Positions 25,802-38,137 of a stretch of 64,000 nucleotides of DNA are shown here, piece after piece. The notes beneath the pieces were generated by a model. That model ran no database searches. It was not told where the DNA came from and saw only the letters and a program-made list of their open reading frames with translations. The stretch's first letter is position 1. Each line of letters opens with the position of its first letter. A program made the translations under genes and the position numbers. The stretch is from the NCBI GenBank assembly GCA_030704615.1, contig CM060731.1, positions 86,924,001 through 86,988,000 of the forward strand. The letters run 5' to 3'. The DNA comes from Takakia lepidozioides (Eukaryota; Plantae; Bryophyta).

Positions 25802-26669
25802 GGGTCGCGTAGAGGGGCATTGTAGATATTCTCATGATGTACTTTGTATACATTCGATTAATCGATTGATGCAAATATTTTTTCTTGTTGCTTGTGCGGG
25901 TTGTGACTTTGCAGGGCAATGTTTTGGTAATGTTGCAGGTGTCAAGTTAAATAAACACAGTGTGAAACTAACTAGAATAAAACTAGTTATTTGTATTTAA
26001 CACTTGGATTTAGTTCAAGTGTTAAGTCAGGTGTCAAGTTTAGCTTGACACCTGAACCATCTTATCTTCACGAGAGCGTCAGTCGTGCGGCTCATCTCTC
26101 TCGAGTTGAGCGTGCACGACCGAGCTCCTTCACTGCTTAGAATCTGAGTGTGCTTATGAAGGGAGAATAGGATGTTGTGGGGTGGAGTCCCCATAGCTTG
26201 GGGTGCCCCTAGCTCGACTCTTAGTTTAACGAGTGATGGTGTTGTATTTCATGTCCTTGTGTCAACAGTGTGAGTTTAGGTTACATATCACTCGAGAGAG
26301 ATCATCTTGCATCTGTGAGTGCCAGAGGTGAGTTTAGTTGTAGCACTTGTGGTTTTTGTTTTGAAAGTGAGAAAATAAAATTATGGTGGTTTGTAGATTA
26401 TGTTTGTGACAAGCTGGTTGAGACAAAGAAGTGATTATCTGTGTTTAGGTAATCTTTAGTTAGAAAGATGTCAAGTTTGGCCACTGGAGCGATGGTTAGA
26501 AAGCGCGGTGAAGCCTTCTACTGTCTATCAGCTTTGTCATCGTTGTTGCCATCATAAGGCTGACGGTGTGACAATGGCGGCGCCTTCCAGTGCCTAGGTT
26601 GAACGTACATGCCAACACCTGGCATCGTCGGAGTATACTGGTCACCGCCAACCTGTGCATTATGCGCCA

Positions 26670-26935
26670 CCGTCGGTGCGGAAGCCGATGATGAAAGAAT
26701 ATCCTTTTTGCTGAAGGAGTTGGATGGTAAAGATATTACGGAGGTGATTGCTTCCGGCAGGGAGAAGTTTGCATTTGTGCCATCAGGCAGAGGCGGCGGC
26801 GGCGGTGTTGTGGTGGCTTCCTCTGGTGGAGGTGGAGGTGCTGCTGCTGCACCTGCCGGAGAAAAGGAGGAAAAGAAGGAGGAGGAAGCCAAGGAGGAGT
26901 CTGATGATGACATGGGTTTCAGCCTTTTCGACTAA
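26670..26935 (+). pseudogene. RPP2: 60S acidic ribosomal protein P2 fragment (5'-truncated, apparently spliced)
   Basis: [34 protein letters not shown]...[17 protein letters not shown]. Confidence 0.92.
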
Positions 26936-27112
26936 GCTTGGGATGCAGTTTTGCAACGCATCTGATGGTTACTTTGATGCTATCTCAACTGCATGTGGCT
27001 GTTGAGCATTACTTAACAGCCATTTTATACCTGCGCTGGTGCTGGTGGAGGTGTTGCCGTCGCCACAGGAGCACCTTGCTTTATCCTCGGGGCGGCTGCT
27101 TGTTCTTCAGCT

Positions 27113-27226
27113 TATGTCTTCAACCTCCTCCAGATAGTCATTGTAGTCTCGAAGTGATGGAAAACCGTCCTCTCGTTTATTGAACAAGTTCTGAATTCTC
27201 CGACGCACAGCAATCTCCTTGTTCAT
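27113..27226 (-). pseudogene. MAT1: CDK-activating kinase assembly factor MAT1 N-terminal fragment
   Basis: MNKEIAVRRRIQNLFNKREDGFPSLRDYNDYLEEVEDI. Confidence 0.85.
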
Positions 27227-27404
27227 TTCGCAGTGTTCGGCTTGTCCTTCCTGATCAACGCACTCTCTCAGACATTTCTGTGCTCTCAACTCCAGGCTAG
27301 GAAGAAAGAGGAGCAAAAAGCTGGGGGCTGGATTCCGGAACTTGGTCGCAGACGGGCGTTTGAAGAGGCCTTCATGAGTATGTGGATGAAGATAGCTGGT
27401 ATTG

Positions 27405-28085
27405 GAGAAGGTCATAAGCTGCACGAACCACAGCCAAAGTTCCCTGCTTTGTGGCGGCACTCATGCAAAATGATTCTACCCCTTGTGATCTCAATGTCTC
27501 TTGAAACATGGGCCAGCGATCTACTGCCTCTGGGATATCCATCTTGTTCAAAGCCACTACGTGTGGTTTAAGTGCCAAGTTGGCGTTGAAGAGCTGCAGC
27601 TCCAAGCGCACTGCTTCATACTCCTGAACAGCTTGCACACTTGTACCGTCCACCACCTGCACTAGGACACGGCAACGCTCTGTGTGACGGAGGAACTCAT
27701 GGCCCAAGCCCTCATGTGCCCTTCCAGCAGGCCGGGTAGATCAGCCACCACCATCGATGTGTCAAAATCCAATGCCACGACCCCTAAGTTGGGCAGCAGT
27801 GTAGTGAAGGGATAGCTGGCAATTTCAGGGCGCGCAGCACTGATGGCACTCAAAAGTGTGCTCTTGCCAGCATTTGGAACGCCCACTATGCCCACATCTG
27901 CAACCAGCTTCAGCTCCAATTCCACCTATATTTCTGCACCCTCTTCGCCATTTTCGGCCATCTGAGGAGTCTTGTTGCGACCAGTTTTGAAGGCAGTGTT
28001 GCCTCGCCCACCCCGACCTCCCGGCAGCAGCAGCTCCCGTTTCCCTGGAGTGGTCAATTATAGCAGAACATCTCCATTCCTTCAG
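27405..28085 (-). pseudogene. Organellar Obg/CgtA GTPase fragment (intronless, with stops and a frameshift)
   Basis: [33 protein letters not shown] (G1), [11 protein letters not shown] (G2), ADLPGLLEG (G3), [14 protein letters not shown] (G4), SA (G5). Confidence 0.92.
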
Positions 28086-29707
28086 TCTTCCCAACGTCGT
28101 GGCCTCTGTGTTGACATTGGCTTCACCTGCTTTAGCCTTGGAAAGCTATTATGAAGGTTTGAAGAAGGCGTCCAAGGAATTCTTAGGGAACTTGCAGTGA
28201 ATCGCAAAAAACGTGGGAACAAGGAACCAAAGGATTCCAATTGAAAATAGTTTTTCCTTGTATTTGTTTCTATTTAAGGTCATGTATTATATTTACAGAG
28301 CCTCTTTGGCCATATCTTTGTCATATGAGCTCCGTTTGACTCAGTCTTTGAGGGGATAGCTGCAGAAAGGGGAAATCAACCTATTTAGACTGGTTTTAGT
28401 TTTTTGGACTCTGCTAAAAATCTATGGAATTTTTTGAGTGTGAGTGTGCTATGAAAGATCCACAATTCTGTTTCTAGAACCTGTTGTGGTCTACACGAGA
28501 GACAAATCTGGGGATGTCCTCCTTGTATGGCTGGGGGAAATGAGGACGTAATTGAAGGGCAGGTCTCTTCTCTTAGCCTGTGCACACAAGGGGACAAGAT
28601 TTATGTTTCTCAAGGAACTCAGACTGATTTGCGTGGAGAGCAATTGGACGAGTTGATTGCATACTGGGAGTCAGGCATTAGCAATAGACAACAAACTGCA
28701 GTACTTGGCGTTGAGGGCCTCAATATTGCTTTGGACAATCAGAACTCTGTTGGAGCAAGCAGTTCTGCAGCTGTAGGAGAAATACCAAAGTGGGTGGAAG
28801 CTAGGCTTGGAACACAGCCAAAGACAGCCCCGGGGACCAAGGTGTTCAGCCACAAGGCCGTGGTGTACTGGAGCAAAGGAACAGGAGCTACACAAGTTTT
28901 TGCAATCAACTACCTGGCAGAAAGAGGATGAGGGTTGGTTAGAGCGAGCTACTGTAGCTTGGGATAAGGTTAGTAACAAGTTTCTGGACATAGATATACC
29001 TCCTACACCTTACCATCATGCAGAGCGAGGCACTTTGAGAGAAGTCTGGCAGTTGATAGCATAAATCAGGATTAGATCTTGCTTGGTCGGGCCTCTATTC
29101 TTTCCCTCCCTCTTTTTACTATTTTCATTACTTTGTACTTGTAGTTGCCAAACCCTCTCTTGGTGGAGGCCAGTCAGTCTGGGGTTTTGGGCTGGGATGT
29201 TCTGCAGGATCAGCACTGCAGATGGATTTTGGTGTGGGGGTGTTGATGTTTTGATTTCTTGTGTTTGGATCCCCCCCAACGCCTGCATGCTTGACTTTGC
29301 GCCATGTTGGTTTTGTGTGGGCGCTTGCTTTCATAGGGATTAGGCCGGATTTGATCACCGGTCAATCCTAGAGTATGCTGTCCGTGGTGAGGCTGGAGTG
29401 ATGACCAGCAAGACCACCAGTGTTTCTTCTATGGTGAGGCTGGGTTGATGACCAGCCAACCATAGGAGTTCTTGCGGTGGATGCAGGTGCAGGTGCCCTT
29501 AGCCACTGGGATATGACCCTTAATCCGCAACAGGTGCTCACCTATGTCACTATTAGAATTAGTACTAGAGCCTTATAGTGTCATGTGGGGGAGGTGCGGG
29601 TTGTGAGTGTCATCACGGAGTTATCCAAGGGTTTTGAGGGGAGTACGGCTACAGGTAGTAGCTGTGAGGGTGGGTTCACCAGATGAGGTGTTCGTTTCAG
29701 ACCACCT

Positions 29708-30547
29708 TGTTAGAGGACTGTCTGGGACTTAGACACTTAAACGGGATCTGTAGGGTACCCTTAATTTTTGCACAGACTGAGACCAACAGGAGCCTTAGGG
29801 GTGACAACAGCGCACTGTAGAGGGGGGTTACACAGCCCGTCACAGTAGTCACAGCCGACACAGCCCGTCACAGTCGTCACAGCCGACACAGCCAACACAG
29901 CCCGTTACAGTCATCACAGCCGACACAACCACACAGCCCGTTACAGTCGTCACAGCAGCCGACACAGCCGACACAGCCGACACAGCCACACAGCCAGTCA
30001 CAGCCCGACACAGCCAAACACAGTCGCACAGCCAGTCACAGCCCGTCACAGTTTCACACAGCCAGTCACAGCTTGACACAGCTGTCACGATCATAGGGAA
30101 CGGAGAGCAGGACAGGGAACGACTGTGGGAACAACACCTGCGAAGGGAACATGTTAGTTCACAGACGACGGTTAGTGAGGGAAACGGTTAGAACCACGGG
30201 TAGGAAGATAAAGGGAGAAGCGGGGAATTTTGGGAATATCATTCGGTGGAGGACTTCTTGGTCATGGAGGAGAGGGGATCGGGCAGAGATTAAGAACGGA
30301 AGTGAAGATAGAGAGATGATGAGTAGATGCTTGTTATATGCAAGGCTGTAATGATATTGTAGAGCACATTAGAGACACAATGGCTTCGGCCTGATACCTG
30401 ATAAATCATAATCGGATACTTTTACGATACAATCACACTGTGTAGAGAGATCTGAGTGAAGCTGTGGAATGAATGGATGAGTTGATGGAATCCAATAGAT
30501 TGATAAAGCAAACTGATACTTAATTATCAATGGTAAGGTAGCTAACA
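29708..30547 (+). mobile_element. LTR-like repeat with internal CACAG tandem repeats (copy 1)
   Basis: Ends TGTTAG...CTAACA. Colinear with 38138-38860. CACAG(C/T)C repeats at about 29830-30090. No TSD. Confidence 0.55.
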
Positions 30548-31718
30548 TGAATGCCAAAAGGGAAACAAATAGGAAACACCCCCATGAAATACACTAGCTG
30601 TAGGTCATGACTAATTGTTCTGCGCGGGCTGAGACTTAGAGATTTCCAACTCTTCTATCTTGGAGTTTCGCTCAAATAGCGAAGGGATGGGTGAGTAATT
30701 GCCGCGCGACATTTGGCGACCATACTGGGGAACTGAGGCTTGAACAACCAGATGTGACAGGCATCTGGTGGGATCATGGTGGTTGGACCATTAAGAATTT
30801 TGAAGTGAATCAAATTCCCTGTGGAACGAAGGAAGAAAGATTGTCCAAACAATTCTTTCAAAGGTTCTTGGAATTGCCAGACGGTTGTAAAGAAAATATT
30901 CTTAAGCGAGTGCATGATGCTGATCCGAATGGGGTCTGGAGAAAGGAGTGATAAAGATTATCAGGTAGCCTAGAGGGAAGAGCACGTTGGTTACCAACAT
31001 TGGTTATGTGATAGCATTGCTATCCATTAAGCGAGTAGAGTTTGAAAGCTGGGAAGAAAGAAAGGTGAATGTTTATACTCATATGCATGAAGAGCTTGTA
31101 CTGGTAAAGAATTGGATTCCAAAGGATATTTTGTGGATCAAACTCACACCAAGAAAGTTTTCAGACTGTTTGCATATGGTTATATGGTAACGGAGACTTC
31201 AAGTATAGCAAGGGTGCATTGAAGCTTGAAAGAAACCAGGCATATACGAGAGATATTACAGAAGAGAGTTTTGGTTATTGCCACATTAAAAGAAATGAAA
31301 GACAGGACATGAGTGATGAAAGAGAAGCTAGACGCCAAGATATTCAGCAAAAGAGAAGCTATCTGAAAGCTAATAATCCATATCTTGGAGAGAGGAATAG
31401 ACATGGGAATCATCTGGACCTCTCACACCATTAAGATCAAAGAGTACATCACCCATACCGGAAGAACTAGAGTTGGATGCCACTCCTTCTGTTTCTTTGC
31501 AGAAAGATTAAGGGAATTGTACAGGAAGAAGATCAATCACGGTGAAAGATCTGAGGTACATCCCTGGATAAAAGATTTGACAAAAATCTTTGATAAGAGT
31601 TGGCATGGAACACCAAAAGCAGGAACTCCAGTTTCTGAAGCAGACGTGAAGAGGAAGAGGATGTGGCAGAGCCAACGGAGAGTTCAGACTCTCCAACACC
31701 ATTACATTGAGTTACATG

Positions 31719-32218
31719 NNNNNNNNNNNNNNNNNNNNNNNNNNNNNNNNNNNNNNNNNNNNNNNNNNNNNNNNNNNNNNNNNNNNNNNNNNNNNNNNNN
31801 NNNNNNNNNNNNNNNNNNNNNNNNNNNNNNNNNNNNNNNNNNNNNNNNNNNNNNNNNNNNNNNNNNNNNNNNNNNNNNNNNNNNNNNNNNNNNNNNNNNN
31901 NNNNNNNNNNNNNNNNNNNNNNNNNNNNNNNNNNNNNNNNNNNNNNNNNNNNNNNNNNNNNNNNNNNNNNNNNNNNNNNNNNNNNNNNNNNNNNNNNNNN
32001 NNNNNNNNNNNNNNNNNNNNNNNNNNNNNNNNNNNNNNNNNNNNNNNNNNNNNNNNNNNNNNNNNNNNNNNNNNNNNNNNNNNNNNNNNNNNNNNNNNNN
32101 NNNNNNNNNNNNNNNNNNNNNNNNNNNNNNNNNNNNNNNNNNNNNNNNNNNNNNNNNNNNNNNNNNNNNNNNNNNNNNNNNNNNNNNNNNNNNNNNNNNN
32201 NNNNNNNNNNNNNNNNNN
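31719..32218. other. Assembly gap (500 N)
   Basis: Run of N. Confidence 1.
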
Positions 32219-32909
32219 TTGCTATAGGCCCACCTGGCACTTACTGCCCATAGTTTGCATGGCAGGGAAGGAAACTAAAACGGCTACATTCATGGATGAG
32301 CCAATCTTCATCCGTGCAGATCTTGTCGAGGGGAAATTAAATGTGCCCTGGAGTGTTGTGAGGAATTGCAGCGTTTGCTTGAATTTCTTCCAGCCACCGC
32401 GCTGCTGCTCCTCCATCCGGAAGCTACTGTCATTGCGTACTTCGCTACTCTTTTTCAGGGATGCGTGCGCCAAAATCCTGCTGACTTACCTTATCATGGC
32501 CACGATTATGCTATGTTCAAACCAGAATCAGGAGACATTCATTGTCTGGCTCTCTGTTTTTCACAGATGCTTCTGGAATCAAGCGGGAGTCTTTGCGCGC
32601 AATGGAGTATCTGGAGGGCTATTACCGCTTTGAGCGAGGTGAGGGCGAGGGTCAATGCGGTCCTTGGGTCTGAAAATGTTGACCTCAATATACGAGGTGG
32701 AATGGGATGCCAGACAGATCACCGCACGGCCTCACTTTGGCGCTGGAAACTGCTGCCAGTGGACCAGGGAGGACGGCCACCGGGGAAAACGTATATTCGT
32801 GGAGTTCCACTCCGCTTTTCCAGTGTATGGAGACATTCGGCAGTTGCGAAGATGAATCGCACGGGCACAGGCGAGGCCCACAGTGACTTGTCAATGTGAT
32901 GTGGTGGTA

Positions 32910-34547
32910 TGATGGGGACATCAACCTTGGAGCGTGGGGAGGAAATGCATGCTTAGCCCGGCGGTAGCTAGCTTAGGAATCCGATTACAAAAACTTGTAT
33001 TGTACAAAAAAATTTGTTATAAAGGAACTGGGTTCCGAATGTTGTGCGTCCTATTTTGTTTGGAATGGTGATGCATGGTATGGTTGGCTAGTGTGTAGAA
33101 TGCATGCTAGCTTATAAAAGTGGGAGAGGTAAATTGGGTTAATCGTGTGTTTGCGTAGTGCCGAAATCGGGTGACTCCATCCAAGGGGCAAGGAAACTTG
33201 CGACTTCTTTGGAAGTTCACGTGCTAGTGCGCACCTGGCACGTGCGCGTACTATAACTGCGCTACCGAGGGGGTTGCTTGTAGTGCGGGCTAACGCGGAA
33301 GCTACGTGCTTCCGTTCACGTACTATAATCGTGTAGCCTGGGACGAAGTCGTAGTGCGGCTTTGGCGTGTTCCCGTACCTCAGGCCAGCCATTCCAAGGC
33401 GGACCCAATTGTAGTGATTGGGGCGCACGGTTGGTTCAAGGTTATCTTCCTAGTCAAAGAGGGTTCCAGGTGAACCCTTGCTCAAGGTGATGCCAAAAGC
33501 GGCATCATGAGCAGTCGCAAGCAATGTTGTTCCAGTAAGGCGATTCGATCCTCAAGGAGGATCGTTCTTGCCTTGAAGTAGGCCAAGATGAGTGCACTGG
33601 GAGGAGCTTGAGAGGCCTCCACCCTTGGCCGGGACTTGGAGGAAGTCGGCCGAACTAGCTAGTGGAAGGAGAGTCAAGTGTGGGGGTTTGGTTCTTGCCA
33701 TGGGACGCCATGGTACGGAAACAAACTCCTTGATGTGGGACGCCCACAACTTGGATGTTCGTTTCTACAAAATGGACAAGTCGATGAGGACATCGACTCC
33801 CTGTTGGTAGGGGTGTGTGTCGCGGCCCTTTGCCTTGAGAGTAGGGGGGTCGGGACACATGAGGGGCTGCCTCTGTGGTGGTGGGGGCAGCGGCAGCGAT
33901 AGGTATGGGGGGGCTGAAGCACCTTGAGTGCCCAAGGCACTCAGGGAAGCGGAGGCGCTCACTAGGTGGAAGCCCCGCACACCGGGTTGCGGTGGGGTGG
34001 CTCCACAAGGGGTGGTGGTTAGCTTAGTGGGACTTAGTGGGGGTGGCATAGGACTCACCATGGGGGCGGAGACCTCGTGGTGGGAGTCGTGGGGAGTCTT
34101 GGACTCATCACGGTCCATAGGGGCCGTGGTGAGCGGGCCAAGACTCACCGTGACTCACCACCGGGAATCGAGGGTCTTCGTGGTGGTTCGCCATAAAATG
34201 GCATGGCTGGTTGTGAAACCCCCCGCGGCAGCTACAGAAGTATATATATGGAGTAGTAACCCCCGAGAACGGTGCAAAGCCCGTTGGTGACCAAAAACTA
34301 GTGAGTAAGCGAGCGAGCCGGAAAGCGAACAAAGAGTGGGGAGCTGTTCCGGACTGCCATCTACCAAAGGGAATTCCACTAGGCCCAAAATAGGTGGAGG
34401 GTCTATCGGGAGAGCGAAGGGGACCGTTATGTCCCGGTGAGCAGCCGAAGCTCCAAGTTGCCCGGCGGCCGGTTGGGAGTCAGGCGCGCGCATCAAAGCG
34501 AGTAACTATGACTTGAGGGGGAGCTTACCGAAGTGAGGTGCGCGACA
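32910..34547 (+). mobile_element. Partial second copy of the chromovirus: 3' UTR, PPT and 3' LTR (33818-34547), inserted into the DNMT ORF
   Basis: Reverse-complement match to 43735-45365. LTR runs TGTCGCGG...GCGCGACA and abuts the DNMT frame after WWTNLM. Confidence 0.9.
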
Positions 34548-36840
34548 CATCAAGTTAGTCCACCATAGCCGTGGACGATCAGCCCGTGATCCCACTGCAG
34601 CTGCATCCAGCAACACTGCTGACCCAAGCCACGACCGGACTTGATGCACACTGGCCATCACCCTGGCCTGAGAATCGCCCATCAGTGGCACATTCTCCAA
34701 GATGTATGCTGGAGATACAGCTTGATGAAGCTGTGAGTAGCACAACACCCGCACCATCTCCTAAAACAGACCCAACCTCGAGTCTCGCAATCCATTGCCA
34801 TGCCCAGCTGATGAATGCCCTTGGCAGGGCCAACCTGCCACTACTAGATCAATGGAGCCAACCCGCTCCAAATCCTGCGCCCCCAGCAACGAAATGTCTG
34901 CTGGCAAGGCCTGCTGATATCCACGAGCTGTAGACACCGACAACAACTCAGGGTACTACTGCACCAACTGAGCAATATGGCGTATGGAGACGAGTCGTGC
35001 AGTCTCATCCCTCTCCACATACAGGTAACGTCGTACCCGTACACCTACCTGTAGAACAGCAGCCAATCCGGTGCTGATCCCGCCAAACAAGTCCTGAAGG
35101 CAAATGCCTTCATCCGGACACTGCCACACGATCGGTGTGGTGTCCAATGGTGACAACTGAGGTGGTCCTGGTGCAATCCCCGCACTGTCCTCCTCTCCAA
35201 ACGGTACAAAAGCCTCTTCCCAGGCTTGTTGCACCTGTCGATCAGCAACCCGCTGCAAATCCTTGCTCGAGCCCCACAATGGAGTGTGAGCAACCATGGC
35301 AGGCAACTCCGCCATACCATACATGTCATCCTACTCTTTTGGAGGCGACACATCTTCTGAATGAGTATTCCCATCCAACAACTCTCTAGGCCAAGTCACT
35401 GCAGCAGTGAATGCTGCCAGTGTTGGCATCTTGCCTCGCTGGGCAACCGCAACTCCTCCTATGAACGTCACAGGGAGCTACACACGCCGGCCCTCCCCTG
35501 ACTGCCATCCAGGCCTATAGGAAGCTGACTCCTCCCAAAAATCCAGGGTGAAGCCCATGAGGTACAACACTGCCCCACCAACAAGGACATCGTACGAGAC
35601 CGCGTCTGTCACAATGGCCTTGGCTCTCATCACTGATCCATCCGTAGGATGATCCGGCTGTAGTTTGATAGCCAGCTCACGCCGTGTCATGTCCCGAACC
35701 TGCTCTGATCCTCCCAGAGATGTCTGTATCTGGAAAGGGCACGGCTCCATATCCGCCTCCGTGAGGCCCAAGCCTGCAATAGCATCTCTACCCAACATCA
35801 ATGGCTGAGCTCCCGAGTCCAACAAGACCCGCAGTGGCTGGTACCTCTTGCCTGCCGGTCCACTCAAACAGAAAATGTCATCCTGGTTGTCTAACATGAC
35901 AACTCCAGGTGTCACCATGGCGCGCTCAATGGCTGGCCTAGCTGGCAGCTCCATCAACCTGGCAGCTACAGCTTGCCATGGCGCCACCGTGGCAGTCTTG
36001 ACCCTCACATCCGAGGATCCCTCCGGCACTACACCTCCCACTATCTCCGCAGAAGATGAAGTAACCTCCCCACTCTCAGAGAGTGTAGCTGCCAGCCTGA
36101 ACACCTCAGCTGGTCTTACCCCCGGCGTCGCAATCATGGTAGCTGAGAACAATGGAGCCTGGCACACAGCTGTGGCCGCCCCCAGCAGCACACTAGTTGC
36201 CATAGCCTTGGCAACACTAGGTAGTGGTGCTGCCCGTGTAGCTCTCCCCAATGGCATAGTAACCTCCGCCTCGGTAACAGTCGGGCGAGAACTAGGTGCC
36301 ATGGACGGCGTTGACACTGTCTCCGCCAATGTGAATGACTGATGAAGCCTGGCCTGACGGCTTGCCTCCCCACGCTGTGGATCCAACTCCACCTCCGCAC
36401 CCTGTGGCTCAGGAACTCATGCTGCTCCTCGAGTCACTGCCGCAGCTGACTCCACTTGCATTAGTGGTAGTCCTGCCCCGCACATAGTGGTAGTGGTAGT
36501 GGTGCCCGGCAACTAGTGGTAGTGGTGCCCCACCCACAGTGGTAGTGGTAGTGGCACCCCTCACTAGTGGTAGTGCTACCCCACAGATGAATCCCATGCC
36601 TCCCATGTCTCCTCCCTCAGGAGCAGGAGGTGGACCATCCGGCCTTGGAGCCGGTACCACCTGAGCTGTGGCCATGGCATCGAGCCTCTACTCTAGCTGC
36701 TGAAGCCGGTTGGCCATGCCTTGGTCACCACCCCGACCTCCGCGTCCTTGTCCATGTTGAGCTTGCCCTTGGCCTGCACCTCGTGCCTGGCCACCTCGTC
36801 CTCTCTGGGCTGCTCCACCTCGCCCCCGGCCACCATTGTT
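34548..36840 (-). pseudogene. Retroelement polyprotein: Gly/Arg-rich gag-like tail - aspartic protease - DNMT3-like C5 cytosine methyltransferase
   Basis: ORFs starting at 36392, 35324, 34946 and 34757 share one frame. Protease LLDSGAQ and YDVLVG. DNMT motifs: I DLFGGISTG, II YVERD, III ADI, IV DLVVAGWPCQ, VI YILENV, VIII RADRPRLWWTNL. Interrupted by TAG stops. Confidence 0.88.
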
Positions 36841-36844
36841 CCCG

Positions 36845-38137
36845 GTGGAGGAAGGTGGGAGTGAGACAGCCGCAGGGCAGGAAGAGGAAGAACAGCCATT
36901 ACAGGAAGAGGGCGGACTTACAAAGAGGGCCTGTATAGACGAAGATACGACGAGCGCAATAGCGCAAGTGATGCTCACTTCCACGGCCGATTCTACACTA
37001 CAGAGAGAAGGAGATGATCAACAGCCAGAAAATCCTATACTGCAGGGAGAAGGAAATGTGCAGCCCCACGAGACGACTTTGATGGAGATTATACCTGCCA
37101 ATTTCAACACGGAGGTTTGGCAAGAAATGGCCACACAAATGGAACAGCAAGCAAGGGAGGTGGAAAGCATAGTTTCGCAGCAGCAGCAAGCGATGGAGGT
37201 GACGCAGAAACAACAGCAGTTCTTCCCTCTGCTGCAGTAGTGTGGTATTGCTGGTCAGAACCTTTGTCATCTGGGCTTTAGTGGCTTTGATTTGTTTTGT
37301 GATTGCCTCAATTTCTGTCTCCGTTGTTCGGTATTGATCTCTCTCCGCGTCAAGATCTGCGTGGACTGCCTGAGTTTCTTGCTTCTGCCTCTGCCACTTC
37401 TATTCCCATTTAGCTTGGAGTTCCTCCAGGTGGTTGTACTAGCGGAGCATAGCACTCTTCTGGTCCTCCAAAACAGCAATTGTAACCTCATGGTTACATG
37501 TCGTTCGTGCTGCTGCAAGCTCCTACTGGTGCTTGGCTTTGATGTGCTCCAGGATCATATTAAGTTGCTCTGGGGTTATGTAATCTTTGGCTCTGTTCAT
37601 GTATATCGTTGCCTAATTCAGAGCTTGTACTGCCTGGAGAACGACATTGCCTGGTGTTTCCTCCAATCACGTGTCTCATGCTGCTGTAATAGCAGTAATT
37701 CCAAATTGGAATGGTTCTTTTGCTGGGTGGATGACTGGATGGGTGCATTGGCTAAGTAGGTGCGGCCATCTGTCGCAGACTTGGTGAGTGTGCAAGCAGA
37801 GAGGGCAGTATGGTGAGGGGAAGAGGTGTGGCCATAAGACGTGTTTGCGTTGGTGACCCATATATTGTGTGTAGCAAAATTTAAGTGTTTGTATAATTTG
37901 AGCATCAGTTGCGGCTTTGGAGTGCCAGAAATAATTGGAGAGTTTGTGGTGTAGTATGGTGGATAGTGTCCATTTTTTAATATGGATTTTGGTGTGGCTC
38001 ATGGATGCCCTAGTTTGTTGTGTGGCCTCCTTAGTAAGGGTGGTGAGGAGATTGCGTATTGGCTTAGGGTCAGGGGGGTTGGGGACTGGGTGGATCAGCC
38101 ATAACGGGTGGGTATGCGCAATGTGGATAGGATCTAA
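36845..38137. mobile_element. Mosaic of Gypsy extra-ORF fragments (+ then -) and an RLE-LINE zinc-knuckle fragment (-)
   Basis: 36845-37240(+) matches about 61500-61800 (EEEGSETAAGQEEEE). 37240-37720(-) is a coiled coil. 37720-38130(-) matches about 61830-62100 (LKFCYTQYMGHQRKH..YCPLC..WPHLLSQC). Confidence 0.75.

Noticed and set aside
27372-27925. Obg as a bacterial gene, contaminant or HGT
   Set aside because: Plant organellar-type sequence, disrupted and fused to eukaryotic mRNA fragments.
29849-30094. Cys/Val/Thr-rich ORF
   Set aside because: Translation of the CACAG tandem repeat.
31385-32633. Long ORFs in the track
   Set aside because: Artefacts of reading through the 500-N gap.
33552-34500. 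Overlapping ORFs inside chromovirus LTR/3' UTR (also 43658-44617, 49939-50580)
   Set aside because: GC-rich non-coding LTR sequence; no recognisable domains.
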